Source: an uncultured Anaerolineae bacterium (lineage in GTDB: Bacteria > Chloroflexota > Anaerolineae > SSC4 > Amarolineaceae). Taken from it: a DNA stretch of 64,000 nt. Shown here piece after piece: positions 1 to 8,926 of this stretch. Every line of letters begins with the position of its first letter. Within the stretch, counting starts at the first letter, position 1. The notes below the pieces were generated by a model. It was not told the origin of the DNA, made no database searches, and was given only the letters and a program-made list of their open reading frames with translations. Position numbers and translations under genes: made by a program. Location: the NCBI GenBank assembly GCA_964580725.1, contig CAZOLV010000002.1, positions 24,577 through 88,576 of the forward strand. Reading direction: 5' to 3'.

Positions 1-1
1 G

Positions 2-3000
2 TACGAGCAGTGGCAAGAACGCACCCGCCAATCGCTGCACAACGCCTACTACCTGGCCGTCAGCGTCACGCTGGACGACTGTCAAACCAGTGGCGATTAC
101 GAGACCGGGATCGCCCTGGCGGAGCGTTTTTTGGCACAGGATGAGGCGCGCGAAGAAATTCACCGCGCCTTGATGGCGCTCTATGCGCTCAACGGCAACC
201 GTGATGCGGTCATGCGCCAGTTCGACCGCCTGGCGCTCGTGCTGGAGCGGGAGTTGGGGGCCGAGCCGCTCGACACGACGCGCGCCGTCTATCACGCCAT
301 CTTGCACGGACGACTCGATCAGTTGAACCAATCCCCCGTGCGCCCCGTGCGCGCCCCGCTGCCCGGCGTCGAGACGCCGCTGTTGGAACGGGATGGCGCG
401 CTGACGCAATTGCGCCAACATCTGGGTCGTGCGCTGCTGCGCCAGGGCCACATCGTTTGGATCAACGGCGAACCCGGCATCGGCAAGACGCGCCTGATGC
501 ACGAGTTCATCGAAGCCGAACGCCAGCAGACGCCGCTCCTGGTCGGGTTTGGCAGCGCTCAACGCAGTGAACATCCCTTGCCCTACCAGGCGCTGTGCGA
601 GGCCCTGCGCTCGCTGCCCGACTGGCCTGTTCTGGCGGGGCATGTGGCGCCGATGTGGCGACAGCAGGCGGCGCGCTTGTTGCCCGAAATCCTCACCAAT
701 CAAGATGCAGCGCCCGCGCCCGACAACGCCGATGCGGCCGCCGCTCGCCTGCATCTCTTCGATGCGCTCAGCCAGTTGGTCGTGCACCTGGCCGAAATCC
801 GGCCGCTGGCGCTTTGTCTCGACGATCTGCACTGGGCCGATGCGGCGACTCTCGACTGGCTGGCGTTTCTGGGGCGTCGCCTGTACGGCAGTCGCATTCT
901 GATCCTGGCCACCGTGCGCAGTGAAGAGGCCGCGCCGCTGCACGATCTGCGGCATAGCCTGGTGCGCGCCGCCGCCCTGACCGAAATCGAGCTGCCGGCG
1001 CTCGGCCCAGCGGCGGTGCAGACGCTGACCGCCCTGGCGCTCGACCCGGCCGCTGCCACCGACGCCGCCACGGCGCAGCTACACCGCGCCACGGGCGGCA
1101 ACCCCTTCTTCCTGCTGGAGACGTTGCGCGCCCTGCTGGAATCTGGGGTCTGGTCTCGCCTGGGCGCCGCGCCGGTTGTCCTGCCCTTGCCCGACACGGT
1201 GCGCCAGGCGGTCATCATGCGCCTGCAGCGCCTGGCGCCCCTGGCGCGGCAGGTGCTGGAAGCCGCCGCCGTCCTCGATCGCCTGGGCGCGCGCGATTTG
1301 CTCTATCTGACCGCCGGACGTGATGAGGCAGAAACGGTCAGCGCCACGGACGAGCTGCTCGCACGCCAACTGCTGGCCGAAACCACGACGGGCTTTCACT
1401 TCTTGCACGAAATGGTGCGCACGGTCGTCTATCAACAGTTGAGCGTGGGGCGGCGCCTGCTTCTGCACCGCCGGGCCGCTGAAGCGTTGGAAAAGGTCTA
1501 TGCGCCGGCGATCCATCTGCTGCTGCACGCCAACCAGCCTGGCGCGGCGCTGCGCCATCCGCTGCGCAACCCCCTGCTCGGCGAGGATGAACTGCTGGCG
1601 GCGCTGGCGCTGCATCAGATCGCTGCCCGTCAAACCGACGACGGCCCCGAAGTGCACAAGGCGGTCAACTACCTGCTATTGTTGGGCGACCGGGCACGCG
1701 GGCTGTACGCCCATCAAGCGGCGGTCGAAGCGTATCAGCAGGCGCTCATGTGGCTCGAACGCCTGGGCGAATATGAGCAGAGCGCCCGCGCCCTGATGAA
1801 GCTGGCATTGACGCATCACACCGCCTTCGAGTTTGCCGCGGCGCGCACGGCCTACGAGCGCGCCTTCGTCCTGCTGCAGCGTAGCAGCAGCCTGCCGCTG
1901 ACCTCCATCGCCCATGCAGCGCAAACGCTGCGCCTGAACTGGACGGAGCCAACGACCCTCGACCCGGCGCAAACCTGGGAATTCTACACCAGCGGCACCG
2001 CCGATCTGCTCTTCCGCGGCTTGCTCGAACGCACGCCAGACCTGGGCGTAGCGCCGGCCGTGGCGCAGGCCTGGGATGTGCACGACGGTGGCCTGACCTA
2101 CCTCTTTCACCTGCGCCACGATGTGCGTTGGAGCGACGATCGGCCTGTCGTTGCGGGTGATTTCGAGTTTGCCTGGAAACGCATCATCACCAGCGTCGAG
2201 CGGTCGCCCTATTCGGGCCTGTCGTTCGACGACATCGCTGGCGTCAGCGCCTTTCGCCAGGGACGCCTGACCGACACCGATGGGGTCGGCGTGCACGCGC
2301 TGGACGACCGCACACTGTTGGTGCGCCTGGAACAGCCGACCGGCTATTTCCTGCAGTTGATGGCATGCAGCCCCTGGTTTCCGATTCCGCGGCACGTCGT
2401 GCAGCAGTATGGCGCTGACTGGACGCAGCCGGAGCATTTCGTCAGCAATGGTCCCTATCGCCTGGCTGCCTGGCAGCGGGGCCAGCGCCTGACCCTGGCG
2501 CGCAATCCAACCTACTTTGGCGCCTTCAGCGGCAACGTCGAACGGGTGGAATTGCTCCTGGGCATGAGTCATGCCGAAAGTCTGGCGGCCTACGAGATCA
2601 GCCAGCTCGATCTGCTCAATCTCGAAGGGGCCTCGGCCGAGGTGCGCGACCGCGCCCGCCAACGTTTTCCCGGCGATTATCTCCTGCTGCCGACGCTGCG
2701 CACCTGGTTTCTACAGTTCGATGCGTCGCGCCCGCCCTTCGACAATCCACAACTGCGGCAAGCCCTGGCCCTGGCGCTCGACCGCACACGTTTGGCGGAA
2801 GTGGTGCAGCGCGGCTATGAGTTTCCGGCCAGCGGCGGATTCATCCCACCCGGAATGCCCGGTCACAGCCCTGGCATCGCACTGCCCTACAACCCGCAGG
2901 CGGCGCGTGAGGCGCTGGCCGCCGCCGGCTATCCTGGCGGACGCGGCCTGCCGCCGCTCAACGGCCTGAGTCAGGGCGACACAGCCCCCATCTGCCGTTT

Positions 3001-3427
3001 CTTGCAGCAGCAGTGGCAGGAGAACCTGGGCCTGCGACTGGAGTGGGACACCGTGCCGGTCGGGCAACTGGTCGAACGCCTGTTGACGCAGCGCCCGCTC
3101 TTACGCGTCAGCGCATGGGCTGCCGATTTCCCCGATCCAGACAATTTTCTGCACGAAGTGATCTTCCGTCGCATCTACGGCGGCTGGCGTCATGCCCGTT
3201 ATCAGGCGCTCGTCGCCGAGGCGCGCGTCAGCCAACAACAGGCCAGGCGCATGCGCCTCTATCAGGCGGCCGACGAAATTCTGATGCGCGAAGCCGCCAT
3301 CGTGCCCCTGCTCTACACCCGCTATCCCCTTCTGCTCAAACCCTGGATCAAACGTTTTCCCACCTCCGCACTCGAATGGTGGTTCTGGAAGGATGTGCTC
3401 ATGGAACCACCGGCGCTGACTTCGTGA
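2..3427 (+). CDS. SARP-family regulator (BTAD) - AAA/STAND ATPase - TPR - C-terminal family-5 solute-binding (OppA-like) fusion; 5' end outside window
   Basis: Frame is open from position 2. BTAD-like text (IALAERFLAQDEAREEIHRALMALYA...LERELGAEP), Walker A GEPGIGKT, Walker B LCLDDLHWAD, TGGNPFF, TPR-like helices, then SBP_5 motifs (EPTTLDP, FHLRHDVRWSD, SNGPYRL, PPFDNPQLRQAL, WAADFPDPDNF). Confidence 0.9.
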   Translation, partial: YEQWQERTRQSLHNAYYLAVSVTLDDCQTSGDYETGIALAERFLAQDEAREEIHRALMALYALNGNRDAVMRQFDRLALVLERELGAEPLDTTRAVYHAILHGRLDQLNQSPVRPVRAPLPGVETPLLERDGALTQLRQHLGRALLRQGHIVWINGEPGIGKTRLMHEFIEAERQQTPLLVGFGSAQRSEHPLPYQALCEALRSLPDWPVLAGHVAPMWRQQAARLLPEILTNQDAAPAPDNADAAAARLHLFDALSQLVVHLAEIRPLALCLDDLHWADAATLDWLAFLGRRLYGSRILILATVRSEEAAPLHDLRHSLVRAAALTEIELPALGPAAVQTLTALALDPAAATDAATAQLHRATGGNPFFLLETLRALLESGVWSRLGAAPVVLPLPDTVRQAVIMRLQRLAPLARQVLEAAAVLDRLGARDLLYLTAGRDEAETVSATDELLARQLLAETTTGFHFLHEMVRTVVYQQLSVGRRLLLHRRAAEALEKVYAPAIHLLLHANQPGAALRHPLRNPLLGEDELLAALALHQIAARQTDDGPEVHKAVNYLLLLGDRARGLYAHQAAVEAYQQALMWLERLGEYEQSARALMKLALTHHTAFEFAAARTAYERAFVLLQRSSSLPLTSIAHAAQTLRLNWTEPTTLDPAQTWEFYTSGTADLLFRGLLERTPDLGVAPAVAQAWDVHDGGLTYLFHLRHDVRWSDDRPVVAGDFEFAWKRIITSVERSPYSGLSFDDIAGVSAFRQGRLTDTDGVGVHALDDRTLLVRLEQPTGYFLQLMACSPWFPIPRHVVQQYGADWTQPEHFVSNGPYRLAAWQRGQRLTLARNPTYFGAFSGNVERVELLLGMSHAESLAAYEISQLDLLNLEGASAEVRDRARQRFPGDYLLLPTLRTWFLQFDASRPPFDNPQLRQALALALDRTRLAEVVQRGYEFPASGGFIPPGMPGHSPGIALPYNPQAAREALAAAGYPGGRGLPPLNGLSQGDTAPICRFLQQQWQENLGLRLEWDTVPVGQLVERLLTQRPLLRVSAWAADFPDPDNFLHEVIFRRIYGGWRHARYQALVAEARVSQQQARRMRLYQAADEILMREAAIVPLLYTRYPLLLKPWIKRFPTSALEWWFWKDVLMEPPALTS

Positions 3428-3470
3428 TACCGTGCGTAAACTGACCGCGTTTTGCCTCTCAAAAACCGGG

Positions 3471-3507
3471 TTTGTAGCCACTTTGTAGCCACTCTTTGTG
3501 CTATACT
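3471..3507 (+). promoter_or_regulatory. Tandem 11-bp direct repeat plus extended -10 element; putative SARP-activated promoter
   Basis: TTTGTAGCCAC at 3471-3481 and 3482-3492, then 9 nt, then TATACT at 3502-3507 preceded by TG-n. Confidence 0.7.
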
Positions 3508-3571
3508 ACGATTGTGGCTGTACACTCGCTCGCAGCCGATCTGCGACTGGAAATGGGCGCAGAAGGAGGTC

Positions 3572-3790
3572 ATGGTGTTGGATTCTACTCGATATGCATC
3601 GTTCATGGTGCGTCTCTGGCGCGAAACCCCGTCTTCGACGTCTGGCGCCTGGCGCGGTGAGGTCGAACACATCCAGACAGGCGAGCGTTGGCCGGTCGAA
3701 GACCTGCCGCAGTCTCTCAGTGTGTTGACCGAGCTGGTCAAACAGTTGGATCTTTCCGGCGATATCCAACCTGTGCGCCTCACGCCGTAA
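3572..3790 (+). CDS. Small hypothetical protein (72 aa)
   Basis: AAGGAGGT immediately upstream of ATG 3572 (short spacing, so GTG 3575 or TTG 3578 are alternative starts). Protein MVLDSTRYASFMVRLWRE...WRGEVEHIQTGERW. Promoter upstream, terminator downstream. Confidence 0.75.
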   Translation: MVLDSTRYASFMVRLWRETPSSTSGAWRGEVEHIQTGERWPVEDLPQSLSVLTELVKQLDLSGDIQPVRLTP

Positions 3791-4008
3791 CCATCACGCC
3801 TACTGTCCCCCTAAGGCTGCGCAGCGCCGCTCCCGGCTTCTGCGCCCAAGCCATCTCCCGCCTGAAGAGCGATGATATTCGTGGCTGCATTCCCCCTGTC
3901 TGCCGCCCGGGAAACAGACCACGAATGGCATCGAGCACGCAGGATCGGGGCTGCTATCCCTCGTAAGTAGTCTGCGAGGTTTGGTCTTGAGCTTTAGGGT
4001 TTACCCCG

Positions 4009-4056
4009 ATCGGGAGGGTGAGCCACTCCCTGGCCCATCCTCCCGATGCTTTTTTC
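4009..4056 (+). terminator. Intrinsic terminator
   Basis: 17-bp stem ATCGGGAGGGTGAGCCA / TGGCCCATCCTCCCGAT (one G-U pair, one mismatch) followed by GCTTTTTT. Confidence 0.8.
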
Positions 4057-4114
4057 ATACGCTCCTCGCCGCCAGCGCCACTCTGGCCCTCCCTCACGCT
4101 GTTCGTTCCCGACT

Positions 4115-4143
4115 TTGGCAGTCCGCCCTCGACGCGGTACAAT
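4115..4143 (+). promoter_or_regulatory. Sigma70-type promoter, probably giving a leaderless mRNA
   Basis: TTGGCA-17 bp-TACAAT; ATG at 4151 follows after a 7-nt gap with no Shine-Dalgarno. Confidence 0.65.
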
Positions 4144-4150
4144 GCGCCCC

Positions 4151-5569
4151 ATGCCAGCCGAAACTCTCTTTTCCAGGCGCTTGCTCTGGTCGCTGCGCGG
4201 GTGGGTTCTTTTGTTGCTGATCCTGCACCTGGCCGCGCCCCGTTTTGGCGAAGCGATGGCCTGGGGCCTTTGGCCTGTGACGTTTGTGACCCCGCCGGTG
4301 CGTTGGGCGTTGGCGCTCAGCGTGGCCATCCTCTGTCTGCCGCCCGTCAGTAGCCGCTTGCTGGCGGTCCTGCGCCCATTGACCCGCTCCCCGCAGATGC
4401 CGCCATCACCACCCTGGCGGCTGTTCACGGCAGCGGCGTTGCTCTCGCTGCCCATCTTCTGGACCTGGCGCCTGGCGCACACACGCTGGGGCGACGCCTA
4501 TCTTCTAACCAACGCTATTTCCTATCCCGATCCGGCCTTGCGCCTGGTCTTCACCTGGCAGGCGCCTGCGACGGTCTTCTGGCATGCGCAACTTTGGGCG
4601 CTGGGCCAACGTCTCTGGCAGTGGCCCGACGCATTTCTCGCCTACGCCCTGACCAGCACTGCGGCGGGCGGCGTCTTCGTTTTGACGGCGCTGCTGCTGG
4701 CCTGGGAGGTGGGGCGCACGCGCGGCCAACGGCTGCTGCTGGCTGGTCTTTTGCTCAGCCTGGGAACGATGCAGCTCTTTTTTGGCTATGTCGAGAACTA
4801 CAGCCTGCCCGCGGCGGCCATCTTGCTCTATCTCTGGCTGGCGGCGCGCTGTCTGACGGGCAAGACGCCGCTCTGGCTGGCGACGCTCGTTCTGGCAATG
4901 GCGCACGGGCTGCATCCGTCCACGCTCAACCTGGCGCCATCGCTGCTGATCTTGATGCTGGCGAACGCCCGGCGCCGCGGCTGGCCGCGCACGCTGCTGC
5001 ACGCGGCGGGGCCGCTGCTGCTGGTGGGCGCTGGCGTGATCTTGCTGATGGAAGCGGGCGGGCACGGCATCGCCGCCCTGCTGACGAGCGATCGCCCCGG
5101 TGGAGGCGACGCCCGCTGGCTGGTTCCGCTGTGGACAACGACGACGCGCTGGGAACATTACACGATGTTTTCCTGGGGACATCTCCTGGACATTGCCAAC
5201 CAGCAACTGCTCAGCGCGCCGATCAGCCTGGCGGCGGCGCTGTTGAGTGTGCCGGGCTGGCGCTACATCAGGCCGGCGCTGGCCGCATCGGCGGCCTGGT
5301 TGCCGGCCTATGCGCGCTTCTTGATCGTTGCCGCCGCCGGCAGCCTGCTGTTCATCTGGCTGTGGAATCCGGACTATGGCGGGCAGCGCGATTGGGACCT
5401 CTTCAGCCTGGCCAGCCTGCCGCTGACGGTGTTGGCGGGGCTACTGGTGGGTCATGCACTCAACGAGGAGGGCGACCGCTGGCAAGCCGCCCTGCCGCTC
5501 TTGGGCGCGGCGATCTTTCACAGCGCCGCCTGGATTTTTCAGAATACGCGGCCGTGGGAGTGGAGTTGA
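4151..5569 (+). CDS. Polytopic membrane protein, possibly GT-C-fold glycosyltransferase-like
   Basis: Many hydrophobic segments with acidic loop motifs (RWGDAY, FFGYVENY, RDWDLF). Start placed at ATG 4151 after the promoter. Confidence 0.65.
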   Translation: MPAETLFSRRLLWSLRGWVLLLLILHLAAPRFGEAMAWGLWPVTFVTPPVRWALALSVAILCLPPVSSRLLAVLRPLTRSPQMPPSPPWRLFTAAALLSLPIFWTWRLAHTRWGDAYLLTNAISYPDPALRLVFTWQAPATVFWHAQLWALGQRLWQWPDAFLAYALTSTAAGGVFVLTALLLAWEVGRTRGQRLLLAGLLLSLGTMQLFFGYVENYSLPAAAILLYLWLAARCLTGKTPLWLATLVLAMAHGLHPSTLNLAPSLLILMLANARRRGWPRTLLHAAGPLLLVGAGVILLMEAGGHGIAALLTSDRPGGGDARWLVPLWTTTTRWEHYTMFSWGHLLDIANQQLLSAPISLAAALLSVPGWRYIRPALAASAAWLPAYARFLIVAAAGSLLFIWLWNPDYGGQRDWDLFSLASLPLTVLAGLLVGHALNEEGDRWQAALPLLGAAIFHSAAWIFQNTRPWEWS

Positions 5570-5585
5570 GGGGGAGGAGTCGGGA

Positions 5586-8500
5586 ATGAGGGAAGCGGGG
5601 CGTTTTGGTGATGGTTTGTTGGTCGCGTTGATTGTCAGCGCGATTGTAGGGCTGTTGCTGACGGCTGGCGGGGCGATTGGCTATGTTGTGGTGGCTTCGG
5701 ATTTGCCGGCGCCGGATGAGTTGCAGAACCGTGCGGCGCGCTTTGTCAGTACACGCATTTTCGATCGCAACGGCAAGCCGCTGAATGAGGTGTATGACGC
5801 GGACGCAGGGCGACGTTCGCTGGTGACGTTGGATCAGATTGCGCCGGCGCTGGTGCAGGCGACCATTGCCACCGAGGATGCAAATTTCTACCTGCACCCC
5901 GGCGTTGATCCCATCGGCGTCGCACGCCTGATCTGGCGCGCTGTGCGCGACCGTGAGGCGGCCATCGGCGGCTCGACGATCACGCAGCAATTGGTCAAGC
6001 TGGTCTTTTTGACGCCGGAACGCACCGTGGAGCGCAAGATCAAAGAGGCAATCCTGGCAGCCGAGATCACGCGTACCTACCCGCGCGACCGCATTCTGGA
6101 AATCTACCTGAATGAAATCAACTACGGCAGCGCATCCTACGGCATCGAGACGGCGGCGCAGACCTTCTTCGGCAAGCCGGCGCGCGACCTGACCCTGCCG
6201 GAAGCATCACTGCTGGCCGGCCTGCCTCAGGCGCCCGCGTTCTACGATCCGTACACCAACCCGACCGGGGCCAAGGCGCGTCAGGCGGTCGTGCTGCGTT
6301 TGATGGTCAAGGAAGGCTACATCACGCCGCAGGAGGCCGACGATGCCTGGCTGGCCTGGGATGCACAGAATATCCCGCTCGTTCCCCTGCGCTACACGTT
6401 CGAAGCGCCACATTTTGTGGTCTATGTGCGCGAGCAGTTGGAGCGCGCCTATGGACCAGAAATGCTCTACAAGGGCGGTTTGCAGGTCTATACCACGCTC
6501 GACAGCGATCTGCAGAAGCTGGCCGAAGAGGCGGCGCGGGCGCGCATTGCCCGTTTCACGCCGCAGCAGTCGGTGACGAACGCGGCGTTGGTGGCGCTGC
6601 AGCCGCAGGCGGGCGAGATTCTGGCCATGTTGGGCAGCGTTGACTTCAACGCAGCCGAAATCTCCGGCCAGGTCAACGTGGCGATCAGCCCGCGCCAGCC
6701 CGGTTCGGCCATCAAACCGCTGACCTACCTGGCGGCGTTTCAACTGGACCGGGACTGGTACACGCCGGCGACGACGCTGTTGGACATTCGCACCGAATTT
6801 CCCGATGGCGCTGGCCGCCCGCCCTATATTCCGAAAAATTACGATGACAAAGAGCACGGTCTGGTGACGGTGCGCAGCGCGCTGGCCAACTCGTACAACA
6901 TTCCGGCGGTCAAGGCGCTGCAACACATCGGCATCCCGCAACTGATCGCCCTGGCGCCGAACCTGGGCATCGGGAGCCTGACGCGCACCGACTATGGCCT
7001 TTCACTGACGTTGGGCGGCGGCGAGGTGACGTTGCTGGAACTAACCGGCGCTTACGCCGTGCTGGCCAATCAAGGCGTCTACATGCCGCCGATCGCGATC
7101 CAGTGCGTGCTGAGCGCCGATGGAAAGTTGCTCGGTCAGGGCGTGCCACAGCCAACGGCGGCGCCCTGCCGGGCAGCCGCCGATCAGCCGCACGGCGCGC
7201 TGCTGATCGAACCGGCGGCGGCTCGACGCGCCGTTGCCGAAAGCGTTGCCTTTCAGATTACTTCGATCCTGGCCGACAATGAGGCGCGCACACCGGCCTT
7301 TGGCGCCAACAGCGTGCTGCGCTTGCCGGGCGACCGCCCCGCGGCTGTCAAAACCGGGACGACCAACGACTATCGCGATAACTGGACGGTGGGCTATACG
7401 CCTGACCTGGCTGTGGGCGTTTGGGTCGGCAACAGCGACGGCGCACCGATGCGCGGCGTCAGTGGTGTGGCGGGCGCCGGGCCAATCTGGAACGGGTTCA
7501 TGGCCGGCGCACTGAAGGGCAAGGCGCATGTCCCCTTTTCGGCGCCGGCGGATATCGAGTTGATCGAGGTTTGCGCCGACTCGGGGACTGTGCCGGGCGC
7601 AAGCTGCCCGGCGCGCCGTGCTGAGGTCTTTGTCAGGGGGCGCGGGCCGCTGAGCGCCGAGTTCGATATCCATCGCCAGGTGCGTATTTTCAAGCTGGGC
7701 GAGCAGGAGTTTCTGGCGCCGCCCGAATGTCCCGATCAACTGGTGGAGGTGCGGCCCTACGTCGTCTATCCACCAGAGGGGCGCCAGTGGGCCATCGAGC
7801 ATGGCATTCCCCAACCGCCAACAGACGTTGCGGTCAACTGCCAGGCGCCGGACATCGCGATTCGCCAACCGGCGGAGGGCGAAACGGTGAGCGGTTGGGT
7901 CACGTTGTTTGGCCGCACGGCGCTGGCCGATTTCGATCGTTTCAGCGTCGAGTACGGTGAGAGTCACGACCCGCTTGGTTGGGGTCAGGTGGCAGGGCCG
8001 TTTTTCACGCCGGTGGAGGATGGCGCCCTGGCGACCTGGGACGCCAACGCGCTGACGCCCGGTCCCTACACCCTGCGCGTGCGCGTGTGGGATCGCGCCA
8101 GGCGCGAGTTCGAGGCGCGCGTGCGCATCTTCCTGGCCGCGGCGCCGCCCACCTCCACGCCCGAAGTCACGTTCTCACCGACGCCCGATCTGTTTGCGAC
8201 GTTCACGCCGACGCCCATTTTGCCGACGGCGACGCCAACGCCCGACATCTTGGTGACGCCGACGCCAGAAATCACGCCGACGCCGCCTCCGGGTGAGACG
8301 CTGGTTGTGCGCCTGGATCAGCCGTTCGACGGCGATACGGTGCGGGGCGTCGTGGAGATCATCGGCGCGGCGTATGGTTCGGCGTTTGCCAGCTATCGCC
8401 TGGAATTAGGACAGGCGCCCGATCCTACCGTCTGGCTGCCGCTGCTTGTCAGCGCAACGACCCCGGTGGAGCCGGCAGGGTTGCTGGCGACCTGGGACAC

Positions 8501-8606
8501 GATGACCGTCGCCGATTCGACGTATGTCCTGCGCCTGGTGGCCACGCGCTGGGATGGTAGCGAGGCGGAGGCGCGCATTCAAGTCAACGTGCAGAATGCG
8601 TCATGA
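5586..8606 (+). CDS. Class A penicillin-binding protein (transglycosylase-transpeptidase) with C-terminal Ig-like domains and a Pro/Thr linker
   Basis: N-terminal TM helix; ATEDANFYLHPGVD, GGSTITQQLVK, RKIKE; SxxK (GSAIKP), SxN (NSYNIPAV), KTGT. RBS GAGGAG before ATG 5586. Confidence 0.93.
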   Translation: MREAGRFGDGLLVALIVSAIVGLLLTAGGAIGYVVVASDLPAPDELQNRAARFVSTRIFDRNGKPLNEVYDADAGRRSLVTLDQIAPALVQATIATEDANFYLHPGVDPIGVARLIWRAVRDREAAIGGSTITQQLVKLVFLTPERTVERKIKEAILAAEITRTYPRDRILEIYLNEINYGSASYGIETAAQTFFGKPARDLTLPEASLLAGLPQAPAFYDPYTNPTGAKARQAVVLRLMVKEGYITPQEADDAWLAWDAQNIPLVPLRYTFEAPHFVVYVREQLERAYGPEMLYKGGLQVYTTLDSDLQKLAEEAARARIARFTPQQSVTNAALVALQPQAGEILAMLGSVDFNAAEISGQVNVAISPRQPGSAIKPLTYLAAFQLDRDWYTPATTLLDIRTEFPDGAGRPPYIPKNYDDKEHGLVTVRSALANSYNIPAVKALQHIGIPQLIALAPNLGIGSLTRTDYGLSLTLGGGEVTLLELTGAYAVLANQGVYMPPIAIQCVLSADGKLLGQGVPQPTAAPCRAAADQPHGALLIEPAAARRAVAESVAFQITSILADNEARTPAFGANSVLRLPGDRPAAVKTGTTNDYRDNWTVGYTPDLAVGVWVGNSDGAPMRGVSGVAGAGPIWNGFMAGALKGKAHVPFSAPADIELIEVCADSGTVPGASCPARRAEVFVRGRGPLSAEFDIHRQVRIFKLGEQEFLAPPECPDQLVEVRPYVVYPPEGRQWAIEHGIPQPPTDVAVNCQAPDIAIRQPAEGETVSGWVTLFGRTALADFDRFSVEYGESHDPLGWGQVAGPFFTPVEDGALATWDANALTPGPYTLRVRVWDRARREFEARVRIFLAAAPPTSTPEVTFSPTPDLFATFTPTPILPTATPTPDILVTPTPEITPTPPPGETLVVRLDQPFDGDTVRGVVEIIGAAYGSAFASYRLELGQAPDPTVWLPLLVSATTPVEPAGLLATWDTMTVADSTYVLRLVATRWDGSEAEARIQVNVQNAS

Positions 8607-8710
8607 TGGGGCAGGGGAGAGTGGGGGAAGTAGAAAACAGGGGTGAGGAAGTAGACATCTCTGCGTTTTTCCGCTCTCCCCCCTCACTCACCCTCGCGTC
8701 TTAACACTCT

Positions 8711-8820
8711 CTCCCCATCCCCTCGTTTCCCCATCCCCCCTGTCTCCCCATCCCCTCGTTTCCCCATCCCCCCTGTCTCCCCATCCCTTCGTCTCCCCAC
8801 CCCTTCGTTTCCCCATCTCC
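8711..8820 (+). repeat. Pyrimidine-rich tandem repeat (33-bp unit built of ~8-bp subunits)
   Basis: CTCCCCATCCCCTCGTTTCCCCATCCCCCCTGT exact at 8711-8743 and 8744-8776, then degenerate copies. Confidence 0.9.
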
Positions 8821-8833
8821 CTCCCACCGGGAT

Positions 8834-8861
8834 TTGCCTTTCTCCCATCATGGAGTATACT
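8834..8861 (+). promoter_or_regulatory. Putative promoter of the formate dehydrogenase operon
   Basis: TTGCCT-16 bp-TATACT upstream of ATG 8927. Confidence 0.45.
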
Positions 8862-8926
8862 GCGCACTCCCAGGATACAGTAGGCGCCCGCTCCGCCAGC
8901 GGGACAAGGGGAGTAGCAGCCCACGT

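Noticed and set aside
8862..8926. Possible molybdenum-cofactor riboswitch in the fdh leader
   Set aside because: The leader is only about 60 nt; ACTCCC/GGGAGT can pair, but the multi-stem Moco motif is not evident.
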